Shown in pieces: positions 9,813-19,256 of a stretch of 64,000 nt of DNA. The stretch is from Dethiobacteria bacterium. GTDB lineage: Bacteria > Bacillota > Dethiobacteria > DTU022 > UBA8154. Made by a program: the position numbers and the translations under genes. The stretch is taken from assembly GCA_050942615.1 (NCBI GenBank), contig JBMNNQ010000001.1, forward strand, positions 12,385-76,384, written 5' to 3'. Every line of letters starts with the position of its first letter. Position 1 is the first letter of the stretch. Under the pieces are notes generated by a model that worked only from the letters and a program-made list of their open reading frames with translations, had not been told where the DNA came from and ran no database searches.

Positions 9813-10451
9813 CTATGCATTCCTCTTCCAGATAGAAATGCGCTCCAGGGTTGTTAAAAAACGGGCTACAAATAACACTACATCCGTTGGTCTGTTAATA
9901 GCCAGTGTTTTACCCAATGCCTTGCCGCCCACTGTTAAAGCGGATACCGCTCCTGCCAAAAAAATACTCAAAATAACTTCACTTAGTATTGGGTTACCCC
10001 GGACAAGGTTAACCACGATCACTGTCCCAATGATGCCGCTTACTATGCCGCTGATGTCCCCGATGACATCATTACAAAAGCTGGCCACCAGATCTGCATG
10101 GCGTACGAGAAAAATGCTTTTTTTTGCACCATAAATTTTTTTAGCCGCTTTGGCATGAAAAGGTATCTCCTCTGCCGCAGTAACGGCAGTGCCAATCACG
10201 TCAAAAAAAATGCCCATAAAAATAATGAAAATGAGAAGCATAAAGGAAATCAGCATGGAATGCAGGTTTTGCAACAAGGAGTGTGTGATCAGGGTAAGGG
10301 CTATGGCCAAAAAAAAAGTCCAAATACTGACTAAAACCACCCAGCGTTTATTATTTTTACTTTTCCATTGTTTTTGCCGTTGTTTTTTTGTGCCCAATAA
10401 TATTACGCTCGCTGCCATATAATATGATAATGATAAAAGTGGCAGCTCCAT
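9813..10451 (-). CDS. oapA: OLE-associated membrane protein OapA-like (multi-TM). Start uncertain: 10451 or 10499
   Basis: Polytopic membrane protein encoded immediately downstream of the OLE-like RNA and upstream of dxs. This is the conserved ispA-OLE-oapA-dxs arrangement. Sequence identity to characterised OapA could not be checked here. Confidence 0.6.
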   Translation of the reverse strand: MELPLLSLSYYMAASVILLGTKKQRQKQWKSKNNKRWVVLVSIWTFFLAIALTLITHSLLQNLHSMLISFMLLIFIIFMGIFFDVIGTAVTAAEEIPFHAKAAKKIYGAKKSIFLVRHADLVASFCNDVIGDISGIVSGIIGTVIVVNLVRGNPILSEVILSIFLAGAVSALTVGGKALGKTLAINRPTDVVLFVARFLTTLERISIWKRNA

Positions 10452-10454
10452 GGG

Positions 10455-11065
10455 TAAACTTTGCGGCTTAAGGTCCAGCAGGTTTTCCCAAATGTTCACC
10501 GGCTTGTCACCAAGCGGCAGTTTCCTATTAAGAACATCTCTGCTGTGTTACCACCAACAGGGCTGGATTACCACTTAGACCACACCTTAATCCCCATGGA
10601 GCCTCCCTACGACGGGGAACAGCCTAGGAGTTTTCCTCAATGCCGCAACATCGTTTTCTATCCTTTTTTGCAGCCCTGGTTTCCTAAGGGATGTTCCCTT
10701 CCTCCCCCAAAGCCACTCAAGGCAGGCTACACTGTGCACAGTTTTGACCACACACAGGTTCTATCCTAAGCCGTAACCTTTTACCCCTACAGTAATACGC
10801 CACCAACTTAGGTCTCCACGAAGGCAGGGTCAACGCCTACATGCCTTTGTAGATCGCCCCGTCCTTCTTAACCCCCAGCACCGACCCCCGTCTGGGCTTC
10901 GGCCGCCGGCACCAGGAACTTCATCGATATGCCTTGAGCGGTTTTTCCCGCCCGCTTTCAAAAACGCTTGCGGCAACTAGGATACTGCACCACTATGTCC
11001 AGTTAAATTATAGCATATCATCCCTGGCAACTCAACGCTATTCCCCGGGCGAAAAGTCTAGGGGT
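10455..11065 (-). ncRNA. ole: OLE (ornate, large, extremophilic) RNA candidate
   Basis: About 600 nt with no protein-coding capacity in any frame, GC-rich with many short complementary segments. It lies exactly between ispA (stop at 11066) and a multi-TM gene followed by dxs, which is the diagnostic genomic context of OLE RNA in anaerobic Firmicutes. A TATAAT-like element sits near 10995-11010 on the minus strand. RNase P and tmRNA motifs were not found. Confidence 0.7.
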
Positions 11066-11983
11066 CTAGTAGTCCCGATAGAAAGCCCGGCGGGTAATTT
11101 TCTTCAGGGAAAAACTCTTTTCACCGAATATAGACAGCTCCCCGACGGCCTGTTCATATAGTTGGTCCCTTTTATTTTTTGCGGCAGCCAGACCGTAGTA
11201 GGAAACATAGTTGGCCTTTCCTCTTTGTGCATCCTGCCCACAAATTTTCCCCATTTTTTCAGTGTCACCTTCAACATCCAGCAGATCGTCAACAATTTGG
11301 AAGCCCCTGCCTAACAGGCGGGCATAGGCGGTCAAACCGGCCAGCTCGGCGGCTGTGGCTCCACCCAACAAAGCGCCGGCACGCACAGAGGCTGTGAGCA
11401 GCTTTCCTGTTTTATGGGTATCAATGTATTGCAGGGTTTCCAGGTCAACGGATTTACCTTCGGAGTCAAGATCAACTGCCTGTCCCCCAACCATACCCTG
11501 CACCCCGGCTGAGGTTGCTATTTCCCCGATTATTTTTAATTTAATTTCCGGGCTGGTTTCTAACTGATAATAATTGCAAAAAGCATTTTTCTTTTGCCTG
11601 TCCACAGCCAAAACTTCAAAGGCCAAGGTTAACAATGCATCCCCGGCCAGTATAGCGACGGCTTCACCAAAGACCTTATGCGAAGTGGGCTGCCCCCGCC
11701 TGTAGTCATCATCATCCATGGCCGGCAGATCGTCATGGATTAAGGAATAAGTATGCATGAATTCGAGGGCACAGGCTACCGGCAGGGCGTTTTTCCAGTC
11801 TGCCGTAAAGAGCTCCATTGTGAACAGGACCAGCAGCGGCCGAAGACGCTTGCCGCCGGCAAAAACACTGTAACGCATGGCACGGTGAATGCCTTCGGGG
11901 TACTGATCTTCAGCCGGCAAATAATAATTCAAAGCACTGTCAATTAAAGTTTTTCTGGTTTCCAATAATTCATCAAACTTCAT
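11066..11983 (-). CDS. ispA: Farnesyl diphosphate synthase / (2E,6E)-farnesyl diphosphate synthase
   Basis: First and second aspartate-rich motifs (LIHDDLPAMDDDDYRRG and FQIVDDLLDVEGD). The start was chosen at MKFDELL, which lies downstream of the xseB stop. Confidence 0.9.
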   Translation of the reverse strand: MKFDELLETRKTLIDSALNYYLPAEDQYPEGIHRAMRYSVFAGGKRLRPLLVLFTMELFTADWKNALPVACALEFMHTYSLIHDDLPAMDDDDYRRGQPTSHKVFGEAVAILAGDALLTLAFEVLAVDRQKKNAFCNYYQLETSPEIKLKIIGEIATSAGVQGMVGGQAVDLDSEGKSVDLETLQYIDTHKTGKLLTASVRAGALLGGATAAELAGLTAYARLLGRGFQIVDDLLDVEGDTEKMGKICGQDAQRGKANYVSYYGLAAAKNKRDQLYEQAVGELSIFGEKSFSLKKITRRAFYRDY

Positions 11984-12041
11984 TTTTGGACTCCCCGGCC
12001 AGTTTTCAGCCTCTTTGATTATCTGAGGCACCTTTTAGTAT

Positions 12042-12284
12042 TTATTCTTCTTCAAATACTTCAAATGCCGTTAATTCACCATTTTGTAGTAACGTTTCCA
12101 CCTTATATTCTGCTTTGCTAAGCAGCTTTCGGCAATGCTGGGCCAGCTTCAACCCTTCTTCCAGATGTTGAAGTGACTTTTCCAGGCTAAGTTCACCTTT
12201 TTCCATTTGTTCGCTAATAGCTTCTAACTTTTGTAAGGCTTCTTCAAACTTTAAATTCAAATCCTTGGGTTTTTCCGGGCGCAC
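12042..12284 (-). CDS. xseB: Exodeoxyribonuclease VII small subunit
   Basis: 80-aa helical protein (FEEALQKLEAISEQMEKGELSLEKSL) directly downstream of xseA. Confidence 0.9.
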   Translation of the reverse strand: MRPEKPKDLNLKFEEALQKLEAISEQMEKGELSLEKSLQHLEEGLKLAQHCRKLLSKAEYKVETLLQNGELTAFEVFEEE

Positions 12285-12298
12285 TTTTAAACCCTCTT

Positions 12299-13528
12299 TC
12301 AGCCGTCCTGTAATTTTTTTCTGTGTATATCCTTAACCTCACAATCTGCTTGGCCATCGTGAAAAACAACGTGAATCCTTTGCCCTTTTTTTAGAAAATT
12401 GATGCTGTCTACCGGCAAGCTGTGCTGATCGTTGATCAGAGTAAATCCCCGTTTTAGAACATTTGCAGGATCCAGGGCCTTCAGTTTTTCCTCCGCGCTG
12501 TAAAGTGCCGATTTTTTAAATTTTAAACTGTAGGCCAGGTTTTGTTCCAATCGCTGTCCTATTTCATCAATACGCTGGTAACCCTGGTTAATTCTTTCCT
12601 TTAAATACCTTAAATGTACTGCCGGTGAAAGATTTTTCAGGATAAGCCTTTTTCCCCGCAGGAAGCCTTGCCAGCAGCTTAGCAATTGACGCTCCTGCAT
12701 TTTCAAGTGCTGTAAAAGATCTTTTTTCCGGGGGGCAATTAACTCCGCTGCGGCCGTGGGCGTTGAGGCTCTGATATCTGCTACAAAATCGGCAATTGTA
12801 AAGTCTGTTTCGTGTCCGATAGCGCTGATGACAGGCGTTTTCAGTTTATATAGAGCATAAGCCAGCGCTTCATCGTTGAAAGGCCATAGTTCTTCCAAAG
12901 AACCGCCTCCCCTGGTGATAACGATGACTTCCACACCTGCGTAATCGTCCAGTTTTTTCAAGGCATCTATAATCTGCCCGGGGGCCTCGGGCCCCTGAAC
13001 GGTTACGGGATAGAAAAGAACATGAACACAGGGGAACCTTCTTTCCAAAGTTGTTAAGAAGTCTTTAATTGCCGCCCCGGCAGGGGAGGTAACCAACCCG
13101 ATGCAACGCGGCAGGCGGGGTAAGGATTTTTTCCGGCCGGTATCAAAAATCCCTTCTCTTTTCAGTTTTTCTTTTAACTGTTCAAACGCCAGGTATAGTG
13201 CTCCAATGCCTTCCGGCTTCAATTCTTCAACATATAGTTGGTAATATCCGCTTCGTTCATAAAGTGAAACGTTCCCCCTGGCGACAACCTTCATTCCTTC
13301 TGTCGGCATAAAATTTAACCTTCTATTTTTACTGAGGAAGAAAACGCAGCGGATAACACTATTTTTATCTTTTAAAGTAAAATAAATGTGCCCCGAAGGG
13401 CGGTGACGTTTAAAATTTGAAATTTCACCTAAAATTGAAATGTTTTGCAGCAATCCATCCTGGAACAACAGGCCTTTTATATATCCGTTTACCTGGGAAA
13501 CGGTGTAGATACCTTTTTCCGGGGTCAT
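12299..13528 (-). CDS. xseA: Exodeoxyribonuclease VII large subunit
   Basis: 409 aa with an OB-fold N-terminus (YTVSQVNGYIKGLL...ISNFKRHRPSGHIYFTLKD). Its start overlaps the stop of the third folD paralogue. Confidence 0.9.
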   Translation of the reverse strand: MTPEKGIYTVSQVNGYIKGLLFQDGLLQNISILGEISNFKRHRPSGHIYFTLKDKNSVIRCVFFLSKNRRLNFMPTEGMKVVARGNVSLYERSGYYQLYVEELKPEGIGALYLAFEQLKEKLKREGIFDTGRKKSLPRLPRCIGLVTSPAGAAIKDFLTTLERRFPCVHVLFYPVTVQGPEAPGQIIDALKKLDDYAGVEVIVITRGGGSLEELWPFNDEALAYALYKLKTPVISAIGHETDFTIADFVADIRASTPTAAAELIAPRKKDLLQHLKMQERQLLSCWQGFLRGKRLILKNLSPAVHLRYLKERINQGYQRIDEIGQRLEQNLAYSLKFKKSALYSAEEKLKALDPANVLKRGFTLINDQHSLPVDSINFLKKGQRIHVVFHDGQADCEVKDIHRKKLQDG

Positions 13529-14382
13529 GATGTTCTTGCCGCCGTATCAAGAAGGTTTGTAAGCAACATGGAAATGGTCACCGGGCCAACCCCTCCCGGC
13601 ACCGGTGTTATCCAACCGGCAACTTTTTTTACACCCCAGTAATCGACATCTCCTACCAAACGGGTTCCGATCAAATTAACACCGACATCGATCACAATGG
13701 CACCCTTTCTAACCATTTCAGCGGTAATCAGGCGTGGGTTACCGGTAGCCACAACGAGCAGCTCTGCCCTTTTGGTAAAGGGGATTAGGTCCGGAGTTTG
13801 GGAATGACAGATACTGACGATTGCTTTTTTATTCAAAAGCAGGGCGGCTACAGGTTTGCCGACAAGCTCACTGCGCCCGACAACGACAGCCTGTTTGTTT
13901 TCCAGGTTTACCTCTGTAGCTTCAATTAATTTCATAATCCCTTTGGCTACATAGGGTACCAGCGGAGGGTTGCCCCTGCAAAGGTTCCCCATATTTTGAA
14001 AATGGAGACCTTCAATGTCTTTATGAGGAGCGACCAGTTGAGAAATATATGTGAAGTTAAAATGGGGGGGGAGCGGATGAATATTAATACCGTGGATCCC
14101 CGGGTCAGCGTTTAGCCGTTTAAGCAGTTGGCTGAGCTCTTCTTTGGTGGTTTCTTCCGGCAGGCAATGGATCTGGCAGTTGATACCAAGTTGCCGGCAG
14201 GCCCTTTCTTTCAAGCGGGCTACATGGATGCGGGCGGCAGGATTTTGAAGAACAATGATCGCCAGGCCGGGTGTTGTTTCTTTTTTCTTCAAGGTTGCAA
14301 TTTTTGTTCTTAACTCTTCCCGTACTTTCCTGGTGATCTGAACACCGCTGATTACCCTTGCAGACAAAATTTTCCCCTCCAT
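13525..14382 (-). CDS. FolD-family paralogue 3 (divergent methylene-THF dehydrogenase/cyclohydrolase-like)
   Basis: FolD fold with GLAIIVLQNPAA, DIEG (canonical DVDG) and a conserved PVPGGVGPVT. The catalytic YxxxK region is altered (RIHVARLKER). The start was chosen at MEGKIL. Confidence 0.7.
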   Translation of the reverse strand: MEGKILSARVISGVQITRKVREELRTKIATLKKKETTPGLAIIVLQNPAARIHVARLKERACRQLGINCQIHCLPEETTKEELSQLLKRLNADPGIHGINIHPLPPHFNFTYISQLVAPHKDIEGLHFQNMGNLCRGNPPLVPYVAKGIMKLIEATEVNLENKQAVVVGRSELVGKPVAALLLNKKAIVSICHSQTPDLIPFTKRAELLVVATGNPRLITAEMVRKGAIVIDVGVNLIGTRLVGDVDYWGVKKVAGWITPVPGGVGPVTISMLLTNLLDTAARTS

Positions 14383-14476
14383 AACCATCCAACAAAGTGG
14401 CTGTTTCAAAAAAATAAATAAGGGAAAGAGCACAAGCTATTAACGGGGCAAGTTCTCAATGCTCCTTCCCGCATCA

Positions 14477-15343
14477 TTAGTGTTGCATGCCGAATAATGT
14501 TTGTTTAAAGGCTTGTAACGTATTCTTCATCAGCATGGTAATGGCTAGGGGGCTGTCTTCACCTGCCGGCAGGGTAAAGATACAACCTGCCACTTTTTCA
14601 ACCTCTTTTAGAACAAACCCACTGGCCTGTTCTGGGCCGTCAGGGGTTGTCCCGATGTCCATGACCATGGCTCCCGGTTTAACCCAGTCGCCTTTAATCA
14701 GCCCCGGTTTCCCTGTTTCGGAAACAAGTATATCTGCAGTACGGCAAATTTTGGGCAGATCGCTGCTTAAAACAGGGCAAAAAGTTACCGAAGCATTTTT
14801 TTTGAGCAATGCCAAGGTTAAAGGCCGGCTGACAACGCCCCTGCGGCTGATCAGTACCGCTGTTTTACCCCCGATGGGCTGCCCGGCAAAGTCGAGCACC
14901 TGCATCAGGGCATAAACGTTACAAGGTAAAAACCCTTCGTTTCCACTGAATAGTTTCCCGGCATTAATCGGGTGCCTGCCGCCGACATCCTTCCCGGGAT
15001 CAATAGCGGCTAAGATCTCTCTTTTCTGCAGGGTTTCCGGCAGGGGCAGTTGGCAGAACAGACCCTGAACCCGGCTTTCCTTGTTTAGCTGCCGTATGGT
15101 TATACAGATATCATCCTGGGAAGCAGTTGCAGGTAAATAACGTATATCAGCATAGAAACCTAATTTTTCACATTGTTTCTCTTTACAACGAACTGAGGCT
15201 AAGGAGGCAGGGTCTTCACCCACGACAACCATGCCCAGACCAGGAGCTTTGTCTGTTTTTTGCTTTAGCTCCTTTAATTCTGCGATGATCCCAGCGCAGA
15301 CCTTGCCCCCCACTTCCGCCTCTTTAAGTAACTTCACAGGCAT
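14477..15343 (-). CDS. FolD-family paralogue 2 (highly divergent; catalytic motifs degenerate)
   Basis: 288 aa. GLGMVVVGEDPAS is conserved, but DVGG replaces DVDG and PAGEDSPLAITM replaces PGGVGPMT. The conserved catalytic-motif Tyr is replaced (ASVRCKEK). Confidence 0.65.
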   Translation of the reverse strand: MPVKLLKEAEVGGKVCAGIIAELKELKQKTDKAPGLGMVVVGEDPASLASVRCKEKQCEKLGFYADIRYLPATASQDDICITIRQLNKESRVQGLFCQLPLPETLQKREILAAIDPGKDVGGRHPINAGKLFSGNEGFLPCNVYALMQVLDFAGQPIGGKTAVLISRRGVVSRPLTLALLKKNASVTFCPVLSSDLPKICRTADILVSETGKPGLIKGDWVKPGAMVMDIGTTPDGPEQASGFVLKEVEKVAGCIFTLPAGEDSPLAITMLMKNTLQAFKQTLFGMQH

Positions 15344-15370
15344 AGTAGTTTACTGCCTTGCTTTTTATTT

Positions 15371-16255
15371 TTAGCCTTCGTTCAGTCTGATGGCTGCTTC
15401 AACAGTGTTATAAAGAAGCATGGTTACCGTCATGGGGCCTACGCCACCGGGGACGGGGGTGATAAAGGATGCTTTTTCCTTCACTGTTTCAAAGTCCACA
15501 TCACCGGCCAGGCGGAAACCGCTCTTCCGGGATTCGTCAGGAATTCTGTTTACGCCCACGTCAATCACTACGGTTCCTTCTTTCACCATGTCAGCGGTGA
15601 TGGCATTGGGCCTGCCCATGGCTGCAATCAGAATGTCAGCTTGTTTTGTAAAGTAAGAAATGTCTTTGGCGCCGGTATGCACAACAGTGACCACAGCGTT
15701 GGCACCTTCAGCTTTTTGCATCAGAATTGCGGCCAGCGGTTTGCCGACAATGTTGCTGCGGCCACAAACAACAACGTGTTTGCCTGCCGGATCGTTGCCG
15801 GAACGGAAGAGCAGCTGCTGGACGCCGTGGGGTGTACAGGGCAGCGGGCAGGGCTCGCCCCTGAGCAGTTTACCCACGTTTACCGGGTGGAAACCGTCGA
15901 CGTCTTTTTCCGGGGAAATGAAGCTGATCACTTTTTCAACGCTGATATGATCGGGCAGGGGAAGCTGTACCAAGATGCCGCTAAATTTGGGATCCTTATT
16001 TAGGCCGTCGATAACCTTAAGCACTTCTTCCTCGGGTACATCAGCCGGGAGACGAATTGTTTCTTCAAACATGCCAATTTCCTGGCTGCCCTTGGCTTTA
16101 CTGGTTACATAAGAAATAGATGCCGGATCTTCCCCCACCAAAACCACACCCAAGCCTGGAACAATGCCCTTTTCCTTTAATTCGGCAACCTTTCCTTTAA
16201 GCTCCTGCCTGATCTCCTTGGCCACTTCGTTTCCAGAAATAATCTTTGCCGTCAT
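15371..16255 (-). CDS. folD: Bifunctional 5,10-methylene-THF dehydrogenase / 5,10-methenyl-THF cyclohydrolase (canonical)
   Basis: 294 aa with all FolD hallmarks present: GLGVVLVGEDPASISYVTSKAK, DVDGFHP and PVPGGVGPMTV. Confidence 0.92.
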   Translation of the reverse strand: MTAKIISGNEVAKEIRQELKGKVAELKEKGIVPGLGVVLVGEDPASISYVTSKAKGSQEIGMFEETIRLPADVPEEEVLKVIDGLNKDPKFSGILVQLPLPDHISVEKVISFISPEKDVDGFHPVNVGKLLRGEPCPLPCTPHGVQQLLFRSGNDPAGKHVVVCGRSNIVGKPLAAILMQKAEGANAVVTVVHTGAKDISYFTKQADILIAAMGRPNAITADMVKEGTVVIDVGVNRIPDESRKSGFRLAGDVDFETVKEKASFITPVPGGVGPMTVTMLLYNTVEAAIRLNEG

Positions 16256-16366
16256 ACTAGTATAACCTCCTTATAAAATATCTTAAAAGCCTGGACTAGA
16301 ATACCTTGCATAATACCTGTAAAACCGATCATGCCTGCCGCATAATATTACTATAATGTTTTTAAA

Positions 16367-17785
16367 TTATAATGTTTTTAAATATTCATCCATTGCCCGG
16401 GCCGCGACCTTGCCGGCGCCCATGGCCAGGATTACTGTTGCCGCCCCTGTAACGATATCACCGCCGGCGTAAACCCCTTTGCGGGAGGTGGCTCCTACTT
16501 CGTCAGCCTCGATTGTTCCCCAACGGCTGATTTCCAGATCAGAGGTGGTCTGCGGAATAAGCGGGTTGGGACTCTGGCCGATGGCAATGACAATTGTATC
16601 CACATCAAAAATAAATTCTGAACCTTTAATGGGGACTGGACGTGCCCTGCCGGAATCGTCCGGTTCACCCAGTTCCATCTTGATGCATTCCATACCCTTT
16701 ACCCAACCGTTTTCATCACCGATAATCTTGACGGGGTTGGTTAACAGGTTGAAGACAACGCCTTCTTCTTTAGCGTGTTCAATTTCTTCGGCACGGGCCG
16801 GCATTTCCTTATCTGAACGGCGGTATACAATGTGCACCTCTTCGGCGCCCAGCCGCAAGGAGGTGCGGGCGCTGTCCATGGCTACGTTACCCGCCCCGAC
16901 CACAGCTACTTTTTTACCCAGTTTGATCGGTGTGTCATAGTCGGGGAATAAGTAGGCCTTCATCAGGTTTGCCCTGGTTAAAAATTCGTTTGCAGAAAAA
17001 ACGCCGTTTAGGTTTTCCCCCGGAATGTTCAGGAACATGGGCAATCCTGCCCCGGTGCCGATAAAAACAGCCTGGAAGCCCTCTTCATCAAAGAGTTCAT
17101 CAATTGTTATGGTTTTCCCTACAACAACGTTTGTTTTAATATCAACACCCAGGCTGGCAATATAATCAACTTCCCGCTGGAGAACTTTTTCCTTGGGCAG
17201 CCGGAATTCAGGGATGCCGTAACGGAGGACCCCGCCTGTGGCATGGAAAGCTTCAAAAAGAACAACTTCATGTCCCATCCTGGCTAAGTCGCCGGCAGCA
17301 GTCAACCCGGCTGGGCCGGCACCGACAATGGCCACGCGCTTACCGGTAGAGGGCGGCTTGGGAGGCGTTTCCACCCCTTTGGCCAGTTCATAATCTGCCA
17401 GAAAGCGTTCCAACCGGCCGATGGCCACCGGTTCGCCTCTTTTACCGCGCACACAAAAGGATTCACATTGGCTTTCCTGGGGACAGACACGCCCGCAGAC
17501 TGCCGGCAGGTTATTTTTTTCTTTCAGCTTTTTAATGCCCTCGTCAAATTTTCCTTCAGCAACTAAACCGATAAAACCGGGAATATCCACTTCCACCGGG
17601 CAACCTTCAACACATTCAGCCTCTTTACACTGCAGGCAGCGGTTGGCTTCCTTTATTGCTGTTTCAGCATCATAACCAAAGGGCACCTCATTATAGTTTT
17701 TAACACGATCCTGGGGTGTCTGTTCGGGCATCGGATGCTTTTCTTTCATTCTGCGTAATTGCTTAATTTGGTCTTTGTCCAACAT
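16367..17785 (-). CDS. nfnB: NfnB/SudA-like NADPH-dependent oxidoreductase large subunit (GltD-like, 2x[4Fe-4S] + FAD/NAD(P))
   Basis: CLQCKEAECVEGCP and CGRVCP...C cluster motifs, two GxGxxG dinucleotide folds. The ATG at 17785 overlaps the nfnA stop (TAATG) and follows a GGAGGTG RBS. Confidence 0.8.
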   Translation of the reverse strand: MLDKDQIKQLRRMKEKHPMPEQTPQDRVKNYNEVPFGYDAETAIKEANRCLQCKEAECVEGCPVEVDIPGFIGLVAEGKFDEGIKKLKEKNNLPAVCGRVCPQESQCESFCVRGKRGEPVAIGRLERFLADYELAKGVETPPKPPSTGKRVAIVGAGPAGLTAAGDLARMGHEVVLFEAFHATGGVLRYGIPEFRLPKEKVLQREVDYIASLGVDIKTNVVVGKTITIDELFDEEGFQAVFIGTGAGLPMFLNIPGENLNGVFSANEFLTRANLMKAYLFPDYDTPIKLGKKVAVVGAGNVAMDSARTSLRLGAEEVHIVYRRSDKEMPARAEEIEHAKEEGVVFNLLTNPVKIIGDENGWVKGMECIKMELGEPDDSGRARPVPIKGSEFIFDVDTIVIAIGQSPNPLIPQTTSDLEISRWGTIEADEVGATSRKGVYAGGDIVTGAATVILAMGAGKVAARAMDEYLKTL

Positions 17786-18633
17786 TAACGCCCACCTCCA
17801 CTTCTGCATTCATGTTCATATTTATCCACAGCAACTTTTTCTTCCTGCAGGTACATCTGCCCACGGCGGGTCAGCTCTACAAAATCAACCTCATGTGCAT
17901 CAAAAACAGGGCCGTCCACACAGGTAAACTTGGTCTTGCCGCCAACTGTCACCCGGCAACAGCCGCACATTCCCGTTCCATCCACCATAATGGGGTTTAA
18001 ACTGACCATGGTTTTAACCCCGTACGGTTTTGTTTGGTTGGAAACGGCGCGCATCATGGGCAGCGGTCCGACAGCAATTATTTCGTCTATTTTTTGGCTT
18101 TTATCATCGAGAAATTTTTGCAGGATGTCAGATACAAAGCCGTGATGGCCTTTTGTTCCGTCATCTGTACAAACATGGAGTTCTTTGCTGACCGCCCGCA
18201 TTTCATCCTCTAAAATAAGCAGATCGGCTGTCCGCGCCCCAATAATGGAGATTACCTCCATACCGGCCTCGTGAAAAGCCTTTACCTTCGGGTAGACCGG
18301 GGCAATGCCCACGCCGCCGCCTACAGCGATAATCCGGCCTGTGGTGGGCAATTCCATAGCCTGGCCCAGCGGCCCTACAAAGTCATTCAGGTAATCCCCT
18401 TCTTCAAGAGCCCCCAACTGCATGGTGGTTTTTCCAACTTCCTGGAAGATGATTGTAATGGTTCCTTTTTCCTTATCACTGTCGGCAATGGTTAAAGGGA
18501 TTCTTTCACCATTATCATCAACCCGTAAAATAATAAACTGCCCGGGTTGTGCCTTGCGTGCTACAAGCGGTGCTTCAACTTCCATGAGCTTGGACACATC
18601 GGCTAAAACTCTTTTTTTAACTATTTTGAACAT
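17785..18633 (-). CDS. nfnA: NfnA/SudB-like ferredoxin-NADP+ reductase small subunit (PyrK-like, [2Fe-2S] + FAD)
   Basis: PyrK-like FAD/NAD-binding domain (GRIIAVGGGVGIAPV) and a C-terminal CGCCRV...C cluster. Start at MFKIVKK, preceded by GGAGG. Confidence 0.8.
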   Translation of the reverse strand: MFKIVKKRVLADVSKLMEVEAPLVARKAQPGQFIILRVDDNGERIPLTIADSDKEKGTITIIFQEVGKTTMQLGALEEGDYLNDFVGPLGQAMELPTTGRIIAVGGGVGIAPVYPKVKAFHEAGMEVISIIGARTADLLILEDEMRAVSKELHVCTDDGTKGHHGFVSDILQKFLDDKSQKIDEIIAVGPLPMMRAVSNQTKPYGVKTMVSLNPIMVDGTGMCGCCRVTVGGKTKFTCVDGPVFDAHEVDFVELTRRGQMYLQEEKVAVDKYEHECRSGGGR

Positions 18634-18784
18634 ACAAAAACCTACCTCCTTTACAATGCCCTTTTTTACGATTAGATTCGCCATGATTATAATAAAGTCC
18701 TTTACCAAAAAGGTTGAAAAGAAATATTTATTAATACTGAATATTCTTATAATCAAAAAAACCTTCCTTGCCAGTTGGTTTTTG

Positions 18785-19228
18785 CTAGCAGGAAGGTTTC
18801 GATTCCTGATTTGTTTTCCAGATATTGTCCAGCATACCGTTTACAAAGCGTGCCGCCTCTTCATCCTGGTAAGTTTTGGTCAGCTCTATGGCTTCGTTGA
18901 TGGCCACAGCCGGAGGAGTTTCACCCAAGTAAAGCAGTTCGTAAAGTGCCAGGCGCAGTATATTGCGTACCACTGCTGACAGGCGATCAAATTGCCAGTT
19001 AATCAGGTACAGGGAAAGTGTTTTGTCCAGTTCCCCCCTTTCCTCCAGAACACCTTCGACCAATGATCTGCAAAAAAATTTTTCCTGGTCAGAAAAACCA
19101 TCATCGCCAAGCAGGTAATGAAGCGCGCAAGCAGGGTCATTTTTGCCAACTTCAATCATAAACAGTATTTTAAAGGCGTACTCCCTGGGCAACCTTCTTT
19201 TCAAAGCCTGTACCCCTTTCCAGGGCAA
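18785..19228 (-). CDS. nusB: Transcription antitermination factor NusB
   Basis: About 147 aa. The REYAFKILFMIEV N-terminus and the position downstream of asp23 match the yqhY-nusB-folD order of B. subtilis. Confidence 0.85.
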   Translation of the reverse strand: MPWKGVQALKRRLPREYAFKILFMIEVGKNDPACALHYLLGDDGFSDQEKFFCRSLVEGVLEERGELDKTLSLYLINWQFDRLSAVVRNILRLALYELLYLGETPPAVAINEAIELTKTYQDEEAARFVNGMLDNIWKTNQESKPSC

Positions 19229-19256
19229 GTAGTTTTTGCATACACCAAATTAAAGA

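Noticed and set aside
10455-11065. Considered RNase P RNA, tmRNA or a group II intron remnant for the long non-coding stretch after ispA
   Set aside because: No GGAAAGUCCGGGC / ACAGAAACCCGGCUUA (RNase P) motif, no tRNA-like ends or tag ORF (tmRNA), and no domain V motif. The size and the ispA-oapA-dxs context fit OLE RNA instead.
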